Assembly: GCA_002104905.1 (NCBI GenBank)
Contig: MCFE01000269.1
Span: 43,096-107,095 of the forward strand
Direction of reading: 5' to 3'
DNA: 64,000 nt
From: Basidiobolus meristosporus CBS 931.73
Taxonomy: Eukaryota > Fungi > Basidiobolomycota
Both the position numbers and the translations under genes were made by a program. The notes beneath the pieces are model-generated. The model was not told the origin of the DNA. It saw only the letters and a list, made by a program, of their open reading frames with translations, and did not search any database. Shown piece by piece: positions 1 to 14,468 of the stretch; the first letter of the stretch is position 1; every line of letters begins with the position of its first letter.

Positions 1-996
1 CGAATCACATGACATGCCACAGATAATCTAGGTCATTTTGGTGGAATATTTGTTTGTGCCTGAAGCCTTGGAGTGTCAAGAAAATTTGCATGCATTGCTA
101 GACCATCACTAACAAATAAATCATTTACCATATTATTGGTGGATAATCCATAAGAGCGTTATATCCATCTCAAGAACGTCTTGTGTACAGAACTTACCGT
201 AGCACAAACACCTGCTGAGAAAGCGAAGAATGCCCTTATCTTGTTTGACTATATTCAACCTCCAACTATTCTAACCGGCTGTACAAGAGTCCAATTCATT
301 GAGCAGCAACTAACCAAATACGCAGGCCAGAGTATCCGAACTGTATCTATAATCGAACCATCGCGCGATTGTTGATAAGTGGACTTCTAAGTTGCTCACA
401 TGATTCGTAAAATCATTACTCTAGAATAGGATAGAGTCAATCCATCACGACAGCCACTGGGAACCTTAAATTGGGGACATTTCCATAAATGAGCTAATCA
501 GAGTTCTTGATGCTGTTTGACTACGGCTGCCATATATGGGCATCAGTATAATTCTTCACATTACTAATTCACGGAAGAGAGGGAGAGGACATGAAAGCGG
601 CACACTCCAAGAGATTGCGTGTTTCCTTCAAGATGCATACTATCCTAGTGTAACGACGTCTTTCGCACCACAGAATATTACCCCAGGGGAAGCTTATTTC
701 ACGCACTCTGATGAATATGGCGTGATATGATGTTCGTATTTGGGAAATGACTTGAAATTGATAAATGTGCTTGCGAATTTTCGGGGGCTTTTATTGGTGA
801 ATGCGGCGGATATACATGGCAGGTGGAACTGATACGCTGTGATCTTGGCTCTGGTGGTCATACGTTTTTGGAAATTTCATTAGATTTAGTCCGTGATTTG
901 TTTAGTTGGTCCGAAGAAAATTTCCACCGACTCTATAAAACGCATTTCTCGCGCCAACGTAGATTCACACAACCTGTCCCATACACTCTCTCCCCC

Positions 997-2494
997 ATGA
1001 CAGACAAAGCCTCTGCCAACGACTTCGAGCATCAATACAATATCGCCAAAAAGGGTGATGAGTTGGGAGAGGTGACCATCCAAGGCACAAGAACCGCCTC
1101 CAGCACCTCTGCATACTGGCATCTGCTTTGTATTTTGGCTGGTAGTGGATCAGTATCCTTTAGCATTTGAGCCAGTTGATTACTTGAAACCGATGTGTAT
1201 CTTGCTCTACTATCCTTAATTCCAATTCTATAGTTATCATTGCCATATGTCTTGGGAACCACTGGTTGGATCGGTGTCATAATCATCGTCCTCTGCACCC
1301 TCTTCGCCATCTATAACAACATCCTGCTCGTGAGATGCCTCTATGCTAACCCGTAAGTAGAGCAGTATCTGACCATCCATAGACGACTCGTGCTGATGTA
1401 TTGCTTAGTGAGAAGCGCATGAATACCTATACCGATATTGGACAAGCCTCCTTTGGCATTGTTGGCAAAGTGGCAGTATGGTTCTTCCACAACTCCATCG
1501 TCATCGGTGGCCCTATTGTATATATGATCTTGGCTGGAGGAAATATCCAACAGCTTGTGTCGCAGCTTGGGGTGACGCTCAAGAAGGAGTATTGGATTAT
1601 GATCTGTGCTGCAACTGTGTTCGTCCCATTCGTCACCTTCAAGAACATCCGCGAAGTTACCGTTCTCTCCTTTTTCGGAACCTTCACCACCGTCTTTGCC
1701 ATCATTGTCGTGGTCGTCGTCAGTTTCGTTGGCACTAACCACCCCGTACCTGAAACCGAGCCTACCCATACATTTGTTAGCTGGAGCCATGTCCCGCTTG
1801 CTCTCGGATCCATTGGGTTTTCTTTCGGTGGAAACGTCGTCTTTCCCCACGTTGAAGCTACCATGAAAAACCCCAAGGCCTGGAACAAAGTGATGTCTTT
1901 GTCGATCGGCTCGGTGTCTATCCTCTACCTCTTGATTGCTATCTGTGGCTACTATGTCTTCGGTTCCAGCGTCAAGGCACCAATCTTCGAGAGTCTTTCT
2001 ACCAAGGACCCAGCCACCATTGCAGCAATGATCTTGATCACCCTTCACGTGCTTCTGGCTTCCCCTATCTTCTTGTTCGGTTTCGTCAACGAGTTGGAAC
2101 ATAGCTTCAACATCAACCAAGAGCGCTTCTCCAAGATCACGTATTACTCTATCCGTACCGTGATCCGTACTGCCACGATTTTCTTCGTTGGGTTGATTGC
2201 GGTGGTTGTACCCTTCTTTGGTAACGTAATGTCTCTGATCGGGGCGCTTTCAGAGTGTATGACAGTTTTCGTAAGTGTAACTTCATTTCCATCAAATCCG
2301 AACCGATTTAGTAACTCGATCATCCTTAGGTTCTACCTGTTGTCTGCTATGTCAAACTCTTCGGATGGAGAAGATGCAATGTCGTACAACTGATCTGGTT
2401 TGCCATCACCATCGCCGTCGGTCTAGTAGGTTGTGTCTGGGGATCCATTGATGCTATCATTGCACTCAAGAACGATTTCCAAGGCAAAAATTAA
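997..2494 (+). CDS. Amino acid/auxin permease (AAAP, Aa_trans) family transporter, multi-exon
   Basis: Spliced reading MTDKAS...AYWHLLCILAGSGSLSLPY...GWIG; ORF 1401-2393 has the hydrophobic helices and motifs ALGSIGFSFGGNVVFPHVEATMKNPK and CGYYVFGSSV; last exon VLPVVCYVKLFG...FQGKN* follows a GT-AG intron. Confidence 0.9.
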
Positions 2495-2852
2495 TGTACA
2501 TTAGTATGCACGAGTTTTCTTTTCAAGGACAATATTTAGAGTTTTTTTAGTTAAACGGACATTTTTTTTATTTGTTTAATTTTCCCATGGACAATCACGG
2601 ACAATCTTCACACTTTCTTCATCTCTAGTAACCTGTTTGATACCAAATAAATCCACCCTCCCGAATACCACTTAATTTCGGAACGGTACTCATTTCCACT
2701 GCACGTGATCTCAACTCTAGATTTCACTTCATGGCTGTAGTTACGCGCATATCATATAGATAACATGTCAGATTCTTTTTTTCTCGGCAGTTTTTTGATA
2801 TCTGAGTGATCCGTGGAATGTAGCTGTGTTTGAGACTTCAAGCGCCACCGAA

Positions 2853-5800
2853 ATGAAAGTAGTCGCCTTAGTGAGGTAGCTCTTTGGAAACAGTAGAAGC
2901 AATGTCGCCTCGAAAATAACCCCGGTTTTGTTTCAAATAAACGTTCAAGCGGTGGAAAGGACAGTTGCTTCAATATGATGCAGTGCGTTGCCAACGGTCA
3001 CGAAATCGTGGCGTTGGCAAACCTAAGACCTCCACCAGAATCTGGAAAAGGTACTCGATTGGTTTTTTAAGATAGAACATCTACGTACATGTATATCCGT
3101 ACTTATTCCCTCTAAGATGAGCTCGATAGTTTCATGTTTCAGACCGTAGGTCATGATATTATAGATTTCTATTCAGAGTGTATGCAACTCCCACTGTATC
3201 GACACTCCATTACCGGTTCCTCGGTTCTACAGACAATGGACTACACCGTGACTTTAAATGATGAAACCGAGGATCTCCTAGCTTTGTTGAGTGAAGTCAA
3301 GGTGGATATATGGGTCTGGTTTTTTTTCTGAAGGCTTGGTTGCTAACATCAAGCGAGTTACTTAGTCCAAACATCCTGAAGTTGAAGGGGTTTCTGTCGG
3401 TGCCATTCTGTCGAACTATCAAAGGATTCGTGTGGAGCACGTGTAAATCCCTTTTAGCTTGCATGTACTTGTCGTATTAGTTTTTCAACTTTTATTCAGT
3501 TGCTCTAGACTTGGCCTAACCTCCCTGGCTTATTTATGGAGACAAGATCAGCATGCTCTTCTTGAAGCTATGATTAGGGCAAATGTTAATGCTGTCTTGA
3601 TCAAAGTGGCGGCAATCGGTAAGCTTGTTCGGAGCTCTCACCATTGGTACCACAGCTCAGTAATTTCAAAATTTCAAGGGTTGAAGCCTACCCATCTCGG
3701 AAAATCCATCGGCCAACTCTACGATTATTTGAATAAGATGGTATGAGCGCTCTGTACAAACCACCATGGCTCACGCAAGCATTCAACAAGTGTACGTGAC
3801 ATAGAACAACTTGTATGACCTCCATGTCTGTGGCGAGGGAGGTGAATACGAAACATTTACCTTGGATTGTCCATTGTTCAAAAAACGAATTGTGCTGTAA
3901 GCTAGCTCTCTTTTCAAGGACATTAGAGAACACCTCTAAATATTCACCGATATAGGGATGAAGTCGAAACGATTATTCATTCTGATGATGCATTTGCTAC
4001 TGTTGCGTATCTTCGAGTCAAGAAAGCACATGTGGAAGACAAGGACGAGGAGGAAATATATACTCCAACGGAAAAAATTGTTTCCAGTATTGTTCATGGG
4101 GAAGACGAAGATTTGTTGATGAGTCTCCAATCACTGGTATGGAGTTTCCCTCCACTCTAGTGTTTCTCTTTAAACTCACATAGCCCGGGTAGAGTGCACC
4201 CTCGTACAAAGACTCGCCTAAAGTGCGCTTTGAGAGCGGCTCCGAATCAGCGGACAACCATATTTCAAGTAAGCGCTACCCGTATTTACGGTTACATTTT
4301 CAATTTTTAAACAGCGCAATACACATAACGACAGGCTCCGAAAACCCACCTTTCTATGCTTTCGGTAATTCAAATGCATATCGTCAATCAATTCAATCGA
4401 ACCCTCCAAGTACAATCGAAGAAGAGACGGAATTGTGTATGAAGGATATTCAAGGTACAATTCCGCATGTATATAGATGTCAAAAGACAGCCCTAATCAT
4501 CCCAATAGAGCAACTTGTGTCGAGAAAGTTAAGCTTGGGCGATATCGCGACTGTGAATGTTTATGTTGATGACATGGCAAGTTTTGCGCAAGTGAATCAA
4601 GCATACAAGAGATACTTTGGAATCAATCCTCCATCGAGGTATGGTGTTTAAACTAGAGACGAGACTTGCATTACCATAACTAATCAAACCATTGCACATT
4701 CACCATAGAGCCTGCGTTCAATTGAATCTCCCTTCTCCTCATCGTGTTCAAATCGATTGCATTGCTGCAAAAAGAATGTGCACGGCTGGGGAGGCTCAGG
4801 CAGCTCAAGTTGAAAGAGATACTCTGCACGTCCAAGGGCTTTCTTATTGGGCCCCGGCCAATATTGGCCCATATTCTCAGGCAGTGGTTGTGCGTATCAC
4901 CCTTTTCATCAAGCCTGCTCGAGTCACCAAACTAACTCGAACCTTTATTCACCTGCAATAGGTCCAGAACCAGATATATGTTGCAGGGCAGATCGGTCTA
5001 ATTCCCTCGTCCTTGTCACTGCCTGGCGGATCAGATGACAGCGAAAGTTTCTTCACTGAAGCAGTTCTTTCCTTGAGACACATCAGTCAAATCGCCGAGA
5101 TATTCGCATGTAACATAGAGAAACGAGCGGCCCTTTGTATCTGCTATGTATCCGAAAAGCGTTGGCTGCCTTTGTGTCAGCAGATCTGGGAGTCTAGGTT
5201 AAAGGTAAAGACATACAGCCGGTGGTCACACCTGCTCCAGAGGATTTATTCACATTCGGTATTTGTCGATAGTTGAAGGAAGACTGTGTGTTGCCGCCTT
5301 TCTGTGCTGTTGTTGTGCCCGCATTACCACGTAGCGCAAAGATAGAATGGCAAACCATACTGTTCAACGGAGTTCCCAAGATTTGTGACCCAGATTCTGA
5401 CTCCGATTCCGAGTCGGGCACCCATTATGTGGAACACAATGCCTGCCCAATTCTTTCGGAAAGTATGTCACCAGCTATGCCCAGTTCAAGAACCAACACT
5501 AAATGACCATTGCCACAGGGGAAATTACTAACGAATACAAGGAGACTGGTTTAATGTGTAGGGTCAAGGCAAGGCAGTGGACCTTTATGAATTTGTGTAC
5601 CGCTGTGGCCACTCTTCATCTGGCTTCAGGTAACGAGAGCATTTGTGATTTCCCCTGATCACCTTCTGATATGGCTCCAACACGATAGAAGCCGAGGAGA
5701 TCGCACTATCAAGCCCCGACCGACTGATTCAGCAACTTATGCAAGAAATCTATGTTCCTATTGATCGATTTGAGAAGATCGGCTGGAAGGCGGTGCTTCA

Positions 5801-6031
5801 GCTACGCATTTTCCATTTGGATTGTATGTCTGGAGAGAGTCTACGAACAGGTAACGTGCAAACTGGAGTCTCTATAGGTGTCTTCATCACCGCTAATATC
5901 GTTGGATAGCTATGGCCCGGTATCTAACGGCGAAACATGTCGAGGAATTGCCGGTGATCCACCTTATCCCAGTCGCCGCACTCCCCGATGGTGGGTACAT
6001 ATCGGTGTGCGTGCAAGCCACCGTAGAATAA
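2853..6031 (+). CDS. DPH6: Diphthine--ammonia ligase with C-terminal RidA/YjgF-like domains, multi-exon
   Basis: MKVVALVS|GGKDSC N-terminal PP-loop; [53 protein letters not shown] and [14 protein letters not shown] motifs across short ORFs joined by GT-AG introns. Confidence 0.9.
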
Positions 6032-6260
6032 ACACCGCAGTTTGGAAAGATCGCACATGTAGGAGGGATTTATTGGCCAGAAAAATACAGACAGTCTATG
6101 AAGGGAAACTCGAGTTATACTAGATTACATTTAAGTACATGATTAGGTGGTTGCTCCAGACTTGTGGATCAAGAGTTTGTTGGGTTGGTTCCAGGGAGAG
6201 AAAGAAATCGTTAACAAGAAGGATTTCATATTGGGGGAAGTGAGATAAATGCAAATCTGG

Positions 6261-8165
6261 TTACTTTTTGTGGGGGCGGGAGTTGGGACGACTTCGTTTG
6301 GGCTGCACCCAAGACTCCTCGTCGCTGCTCAGGGTGAGATCGATGATTTGCGAGCTACGCTTGGCACCATGTTCGGGTGTGGGATGGGGGGAGTCAAGGT
6401 CCGATTCCGAGTCGGATGTCGTGTGGATGATGATATCTTCGCGCTTGATGACAACCGGCTCCTCCTTGTCCTGTTCTTTGTCAGGTATTCTCCAGCTCCC
6501 GTCCACCTCCACAACCACTCTATCGACGTCGGCATCTACCTTGTCTAGGATGTCTTCGAAATACCTAACGGTGAGTCGGGAGGTGAGTACAACACGCATC
6601 AATGGTCAAATGAATGAGGCCGCGTTACCCATCTAGTACAAGTTCGTTCCAATTGTTCAACACCCGGTTGCAGATGGGACACGTCCACGAGGGTGTTCGC
6701 TCGTTCAGTTTGAGGAATGTAACCCCGTCGAAGCATTGGATGTGATTGCAATACGAGGATCGGCAAGGGAATTGGATTCGCTGATAGCCTAGCTGTTTGG
6801 TGGAGGAAGCACGGGTTAATCAAGGGATGCAACGGGTGCTTGGTGGATGCCACGAACCGGACACTTGAGAGAGACCAAGCTGGAGGTGGCCTCTATGTCG
6901 GCGTCGTTGGAGGATCGATTGACTACAATGCAAGTTGTCAATAAAGGAGCGGGTCAGCCATCGATCGGCACAAATGGTCCGTACTTTTTTCCAGCACCGT
7001 GGCCTTCTCCATTTTCTTGTGGGTCTTGATCTTTTCAACGATCTCCTCGACCGTCGAGATCTTCACCAGATACAGGGCCATTATGTAAGCCTGGAAGGCA
7101 AAGTCGGGTTCAGCGATCTGGGAGAGGAGGACGCCCGTTGCTGGGTTGCAAGAATACCTTGGGACACGCAGGGTAGACGAACTGGATGCTGTTCGCTCTG
7201 TCGATTATGTGGATACATAGGTCGGAGATGTCGGCGGGGTTGGTGGTCCCGGGTTTCCTTTTACTTCCTTGCAGGTTCTGATCGGCTAAGGTTAGATGAG
7301 GGGGAGTGTGTGAGGGGCAGAAAAGGTCAACTAACACCCGTGAATTGCTGTTGATTGACATCGAGATTGGCGATGAGTGGGAACTCTATCAGTTTCTCTT
7401 TCAGGCTACCAGGATCAAGATGATCCAGATCTACGTCGGTGCTGAAGAGCATAGCCCTATAGAGATCAGGCCTACTGAGGAAAACTTAGCACACCCCTGG
7501 CTTGACGATCCACACACACAAAGCATCTACTGACGTTTTGAGCTGCATTATATGCTGGGAGCGAAGTCGAAACCCTATCGTGACCCTGGCTACACTATTC
7601 TGCGCTGCTCGGAATCATTAGAGGGTGCGGGGTTCGATGGGGTCAACAGACGAGCCTACCTTCGCACAGTTTGTATGGGCTAATTCTTTCGATTATCGTG
7701 TAGAAGGGGCTGGACTTGAAGGTCAGCGGGGACCAGTCGTATGTAGAGCCTTTCGACTTGTCCGCTGGGCTGGTTGGGTTTGGTAGGGAAAGGAGAGGGA
7801 AATTCGGTGAGTTCACGCTGACCAACTCCAGCTTGCGGGGACAAAATACCTCTCGCACTCGGCTAGCACAATCGTTTTCGCTGTTTTTCTCGCGGCGGAA
7901 TTGGGGGACTGTTCGGCCTTCAAGAGGTACGTCTGAAGCCTCTTGACCAGCTCCGCCTTGTTCCCGCTGAGTTTTATGAAGTAGAACTGGGAGGGGCCGT
8001 TTCTGTTGAGCGTGCGAATCATCTTCTTGAGCGTGGCAACGGGAAGGGTGGGAACTTTCTTCTCTATGAAAGCCTGGTTGAAGCCAAAGGTTAGTGCGCG
8101 GAAGGAAGGAAAGCGAGCTGCCCCTCAAAGATCACCCTAAACTCCGGATCCTGGTTTTCAGCCAT
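6261..8165 (-). CDS. SIZ1: SIZ/PIAS-type SUMO E3 ligase (SAP, PINIT, SP-RING), multi-exon
   Basis: SAP-like LSGNKAELVKRLQTYL; FKSSPFYTIIERIS; PINIT-type SKRKPGTTNPADIS; SP-RING region near 6640-6900; C-terminal SIM-like IIDLTLSSDEE. Confidence 0.85.
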
Positions 8166-8440
8166 CTTCACTGGGACAGAGGGAGCTCTCGAAAAAAGAG
8201 ACTTGGGTCACGGTGTGTGTTTATCGGCCACACTTAATCGCCATAGGCCCGTTTGGCTAATTGTTGATGTGGATTTAAACAAGGAATGGATTTTTCTGGG
8301 AATCCACCTGGATCCTGTAGGACTGATTTGGCAGGAAGGGATTTATTTATTTACTTTCATGTAGGGCATATATAGTTCCCATCGGTGGTGCTGTCCGCAC
8401 CACACCACTTTGCCTCCTTTCTTTTGTCCACTTGAACCCC

Positions 8441-9896
8441 ATGCCAAAGTACGTCAAGAAAAGACCTCTGTCAGAGCGCGTGAAGAGTGCTCCCCAAGAT
8501 TGGTTTCTACAGCTGATGGAGGAGTATGAGACGTTCGACTGGGAAGGACTTCAGCTCGCTTTAAGGTTAGTCATATCACTGTGTCCCTTAGTTTCCCCCT
8601 ATTCACTCGTCTATCCAGCTGGCCTACCGCCCTGGCGCTGAACGGGATTTACGTTCTTGTGAAAGCCATCCGGTCGATCGATTCCACTCCCGACGTGTCG
8701 ACACTAAAGCCAGTCCGGGACAGTGCGTTCATTCGGCGCACGCGGGACACTTGGCTTGGAGACAGTGTCCATTTCTGGGTTCGTACGAAGCTTTGGGAAA
8801 CCCTAGTGGCCTTGACCTTTCTGATCAGGTGGTTTTTTTTAGCTGGACGTCTTCGAGTTCCTCCTCATTGCCGTCAGTCTCTGCAATACGGCATATCTGT
8901 TCTCGCAACGCAAGACATATCAACTGATGCACACCGATCCTAAGGTACTTGGCTTGCGCGGCAGCTCTGCTCGGACGTATCGCTAATCGACCCCTGCCTC
9001 GCAACTACAGGACCCCTGACCAGCCCAAACCTTCGTCGTACCGACCTCGACTACGAAGCCCCCCTGTGGTCGTTGAGATTCCCAGGAAAATTCTTGTAAG
9101 CATTTCCGGCCTTTCACTAATTCCTGCTCTCGCTGATCCGGTACGTTCCTAGATGGCCTATCTGGAGACGATTTGGTAAGGGCGGAAGACGCGCCAATCG
9201 GGAGATCTACGAGATGAGCATGTGGGATCCATACGTGTTCTCGCTCAACATTTTCTGGTAAGAATCGGCCTCGTCCTTGGGTCGACTGTGGTAGTGTACT
9301 CAGATCCCTTTCCAGTTGGTTCTCCCCTCCTCAGGTTGCTATCATGTGGGCTATGGATGGACACAACTTCCACTATTTCCTCCCGATCGCATTCCTCGTC
9401 GGTGTTCAGGTAGGCGCGGACGCTTCAACCGTACGCGAACTGCCCTAACGGCGCCCACTTCCTAGATCCAATACGTCAGCAACGCCTATACCACCCTGTT
9501 GAAGGACAAGCAGATCCTCTTTGGCCAGGTCTATCACGAATACAATACAAAATTCGTGAACCGCCGTGTCTTCGTGAAGAAGTTCGATCAATGCACATCC
9601 ACGGAAACCCAAGCCGACTTCCCCTTCGAGGAGGAGATCGACGAGGATTACCAAGAGATTGTGTCTTCATCCAGGTATGTAGGGGAGTGGGAATGTCTGA
9701 TCATGCCGTATTCTAACGAGTTGGGACTTTGCTAGTGACAGCGACGAAGAAGTGATCAACAACCCAGGTTAGTGGCAAAGGCAAGGTACGCGAGACTGCC
9801 CGCAGGTCACTGATCCTCATTCTAGGCGAGTTCTCACCCGCCGACAAGCCGAGCGCGTTCAAGTCCAGCGAGAACCCTTTCCAGAGATCCCGTTAG
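8441..9896 (+). CDS. NUR1: Nuclear rim protein Nur1/Mug154-like, multi-exon
   Basis: N-terminus MPKYVKKRPLSERVKS...EEYETFDW, followed by TM segments and DKQILFGQVYHEYNTKFV, matching my recollection of the Nur1/Mug154 family. Confidence 0.65.
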
Positions 9897-10188
9897 GGGG
9901 GGGACCGGTGAGAGGGAAAGATGTCAGTTAGAGTTTGCATAGAGTAAAAGATTTCCGAGATTGTCTTCACTTTCTACCACGGCTTCGCAGTATATTTGAG
10001 GTTTCCTAGTGCATTCAGTGAATTGTATTTTTCGATTAAAATTTGGCCAAGCATTGCGGGCTTATCCACCAAACCAGAATCGGTGTCGATTGTTGATGGA
10101 AATCCGATCGTTTTTTTTCTGGGCCAAGCTCGGTCTATATTTTCGAGGGGGAGGGGGGGCGGCCATGGTGTAGTGGTTAGGCTCGGAT

Positions 10189-12438
10189 ATGGAAGAAGGC
10201 CCTCGCAAAAAATTGAAGCTCTCTTCAGAAGGAATGGAAGGTGCTCCTCTCATGTACTTCACCGTAGACAATAGTTCAGCTCTAATGCATCCTTGCCCCT
10301 CAATTCCTTAGAAGCGCGCGCTTTGTTGGTCGATCATTGCAAAGGAGCACTTGTAAACTTAATCGAGCCGCTCTTTTCTATCCATTGTTGTAGTAGATGT
10401 GTATTGAGATACCTTGGCGTGAAGGACTTCAAAGTGTACAAGTACAGTCTCGAGGTAAGCTGACCGCTGGACCAATGGGTGGGGACCAACTTTACGAATT
10501 CTTTTCGTGTAGACCCTTGAGACAGCGCTTCGAAGCTTCGTGAAAGAGGAAAGCCCCGAGCAACAGGAGGTAGCCACCGAAGATGTCGCTAAAAAGGTGT
10601 GCGTTTCCTGCCTGGGCACCCTCCAATATGCCGACCGTGAAGAATTCGTATCCGACATCATCAAGAAGGTGAAGGAAGAAAATTACGAAGCGACCCGATT
10701 CACCCTGAACGTGACCGTACCAAGCAGCATCTTGGTCAGAACCCAGTCGATTTTTGTTTACCTTTCGAACATCTTGAAGTACGTACACAGTTATGTAAGC
10801 AACGGAACCTCGCTCGTCCCTAACACCCGTGCCTCATCCCCAGAGAATCGAATAGCACCATGGTCTACACGGCGGATAGCATAGCAGACATCAAAGAAAC
10901 TTTCAAGCTGGTATTGTGCTGGGAGGTTGCTCGGATTACTCAGATGGAGTTGGATTTCAATGTAAGTTGGTGTTCTCGGGGCGGTGAGACCTCCAGGTTG
11001 TACTGATTGGGATACTTTCCAGAGTCCATTGAAGATCACCGTGGTGTCCGAACATCCCGAAACCGAAAACGACCACATCTTCTTGACACAAATCTCCACG
11101 GCCAACCTGAACATTCGCAAAGTTTACGAGCGGGTAGGCATCCACTTACTACGTATAGATGATTCATCGGTAGCTCACATCAGCCCCTACCACAGGGCCA
11201 ATGCAAATTCATCGGCGCCTCTCGTGCCAACATCGCCACAGCACTACGCTCAGTGTCCAACGAGGAGTTCTTACGGTAGGTGGATCATGGATTGACGGCG
11301 GATGTTGTCAGGTGACTGACCATATACTTGCAGCCTTGGCCAATGCCCGCCAGGATCAGTAGAGAATATGGCGCGCGTCCAGTCGGTTGAAATGCTTCAC
11401 GAGCCCATCTATATCGGAGGTATGTCGAGGTATGGAGCGAGCATGCTATTTTGTCACTAACATCCGGGATCACAGGGCGTTACTTCAAACTGACCCGTGG
11501 AATCAGCCAGACCCCATGGATTATCAACAACCGTAGAATGACGGAGAACTCGGTCTCCGAATCCATTGGCGACGTCTTGAAGCCGAGCGTTCGGGCGGAC
11601 GGTATTTATGGATCGCTCTCCGGTCAAGCAGATCCCACCACCACTAACACCTTGTCACGTAGACTACAAATTCGTCTCGGCCGGAAGAGAGGATGCGGAC
11701 GTACGTATGATCGGGACCGGAAGACCATTCTACCTGGAGTTCCTCAACCCTCGTCGAATCACATTCACCCCCGAGGAGATCCTCGAGTTCGAGAACACAG
11801 TGAACAAGAACGCCGACGTGAAAGTCAAGGAGATGCAGTCGATCCTACCGTAAGCATGCCATCCCTTCCCAGTAAAATCAGTTCCGTCATGGCCTAACGA
11901 CAGCATCTTAGCGATCAAACCTCGATCATCAAGGAGGGGGAGGAGACCAAAACCAAATCTTACAGGTAGAGCCCATGCTTATGATACTCTTAGCCAGGCC
12001 ACCAACTCATGGAATTCTTCGTCAGCTGTCTGGTGTGGGTCTCGAACGAAGTCACCGAAGAGCTTCTTCAACAAGCCAACCAATTCAACAACACCGAATT
12101 CGTTATCCATCAAAGAACCCCCATCCGGGTCCTCCACAGGTACTGACTGACCACCTGCCACTGGCGCGAACCACCACCTAACATACTCTCTCCCATCTAG
12201 ACGTGCTCAGATGGTTCGAGACAAAACCATTCATACCCTTTGTGCTGAGAAGCTTGGGGATCACCTGATGCGACTGAAGCTGAAAACCGAGGCCGGTACA
12301 TACATCAAAGAATTCGTACACGGCGATCTTGGCCGCACATATCCCAATTTCGGGAGCATCGTCAACTGCACAGCCGATCTTTTGGCTCTGGATGTGGACG
12401 CGGTGGATCTCCCCTGGCCACCGGTCCGATCCGAGTAA
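10189..12438 (+). CDS. PUS10: tRNA pseudouridine synthase Pus10, multi-exon
   Basis: CVSCLGTLQ; GRYFKLTRGISQTPW; catalytic FVSAGREDADVRMIGTGRPFYLEF; LKTEAGTYIKEFVHGDLGRTYPN. Confidence 0.92.
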
Positions 12439-12530
12439 CGGGAGCGGGGGGAGAGGATTTAGAGATGACTTCCAGCAGCACACTCACTTAGATTGTTTAT
12501 TCAAATTCATTAAATCCAAAATAAATCCAC

Positions 12531-14017
12531 TTAAAGACGAGCTTTTTTCTTCAACTCGGGGACTCGTTGCAGCTCCATCTTGGCGATCTGCATGAGATGC
12601 ACGGCGTCCGGCCCGTCGGCAATTCGGAGGGTTCGCATGTTGGCGTACAGGTCGGCGAGGGAGGTGTCAGGCCCCACACCAGCTGCCCCGTGGATTTGGA
12701 TGGCTCTGTCCAAGACACGCAAGCAGATACTGGGCACAGCCACCTTGGCCAGGGCGATCTCCTTTAAGGCTTTCTTGGCACCGATCTTGTCGATCATGTC
12801 TGCTGCCCTGAAAACCAACAGACGGCCCTGCTCAATCTCAATTCTGGAGACTGCGATATCTTGCATGGCAATCTGGTGCTCAGAGATGTATTTCCCGAAT
12901 GTTCTACGCTCCGATGCTCTGGTGATCAGAGTGTCGAGGGCTCTCTCGGCAACGCCGATGGCTCTCATGCAGTGGTGAATGCGGCCTATCAGAGACACGA
13001 GGTGAATAATGACGACAGCCAATCTACAGTTAATTAGCAAACCTACCAGGGCCCAATCTGCCTTGCACAATCTCGAACCCTCTGCCTTCGCCAAGAAGCA
13101 AGTTCTCTTTGGGGACCTTGACGTTCTCGAAACTGACCTCGCAGTGTCCGTGAGGGGCGTGGTCGTAACCAAACACCGTCAAAGGTCTGACAACCGTCAC
13201 TCCTGGGGTGTCAGCTGGGACAATGATGATTGTTTGCTGCTTGTGTTTGGGTTGTGTGGTGTCAGTCTTGCCCATGACCAAAAAGACCTTGCAGCGAGGA
13301 TCGCCAGCCCCACTGATCCACCATTTACGGCCATTGATAATGTAGTCGTCCCCTTGACGCTTAATGGATGTCTCAATGTTCGTGGCATCCGAGGAGGCTA
13401 CTGCTGGCTCGGTCATGGCGAATGCTGATCTTATTTTCCCTTCAAGGAGTGGCTTGAGCCATTTTTCCTTCTGTTCTTTGTTGCCGTATTTTAGGAACAC
13501 CTCCATATTTCCGGTGTCTGGGGCACCACAGTTGCAAGCCTGTCGAGTTGACGTTAGCCGTTTTCCATTAGGGTTTAGGTTCCTTTCTACTGTTGCCTAC
13601 CTCGGGTGCAATTCGCACCGACCTTCCCATGATCTCGCATAGATAAGCATATTCCAAATTAGTCAGGCCAGGGCCTTCTTCGTGACCCTTGGGGATGAAC
13701 AGGTTCCAAAGTCCGAGCTTACGGGCCTTTTCTTTCAGCTCTTCCATGACCGGAGGGATGACCTACGGAGGGAAACGAAGCTGTTTAGTACCGGTTAGCT
13801 AATTAAGGGTGCGCAATAGCCACACGCACCTTCCACCGGTCGTCCCCTTTGCCTATTTGTTCTTCATATATTTGCTCAGCAGGTATGCATTCGTTCTAGA
13901 GAGTAGGATCAGTATCGGTTGTGGCGGTCAGAATAGTAAGGTGCCGCATACTTCGACAAAGTTTGTGAGCACTCTGGCAAGTTCCTGGACTCTGGGAGAT
14001 AGATCGGTAATATTCAT
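12531..14017 (-). CDS. Acyl-CoA dehydrogenase (ACAD10/11, IBR3-like), probably peroxisomal
   Basis: [11 protein letters not shown]; [18 protein letters not shown]; [16 protein letters not shown]; [16 protein letters not shown]; [10 protein letters not shown]; [13 protein letters not shown]; C-terminal ARL is a PTS1-type signal. Confidence 0.92.
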
Positions 14018-14468
14018 GGTATTTTACAGTAATGCAGCAGAGTCGCCCATTTCGTCTGTTATATGTGCAATCCCTTTGGCCTTCACGTGGATAGGTGCGG
14101 ACTGTTGTATGCAATTTGAGACATGCCTGATATAACTAATGTGAAACAGCAATCGGCAAATTCCACCTCATGGTTGGCTCGAGGTATTTTTCATGACTAA
14201 ACTGCCCTTCCGAGATTCCTGATCGTGTGAAGTTGGCGACTGGATTCCTGAGCTCCAAACTAAACCCAACTCCTAAACCCAAAGATCCGAAGTTTGATCA
14301 AGATACTCAACATGTTGCAGCGTTGCTGTAAGGTGAACTTATCTGCACAATCAAAACCCATCATTGATATCGATCTCAAATCAGAATGAAAAAAGATCCG
14401 CGGAAGGAAAATACCTTAAATATAGGCGCTAGCCATTTTAACAGTCAACAGTACCACTACTAACAACG

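Noticed and set aside
1-820. Short ORFs at 181-375 and 536-730
   Set aside because: They have non-ATG or weak starts and no recognisable motifs; treated as intergenic.
1341-2120. 259-aa minus-strand ORF, and similar antisense ORFs over ACAD, ferroportin, the LEA gene and the LINE copies
   Set aside because: These are shadows of codon-biased genes on the opposite strand and carry no independent motifs.
10161-10200. tRNA-like start GGCCATGGTGTAGTGGTTAG
   Set aside because: No T-loop (GTTCRA) or acceptor-stem partner follows; the sequence runs into the PUS10 start codon.
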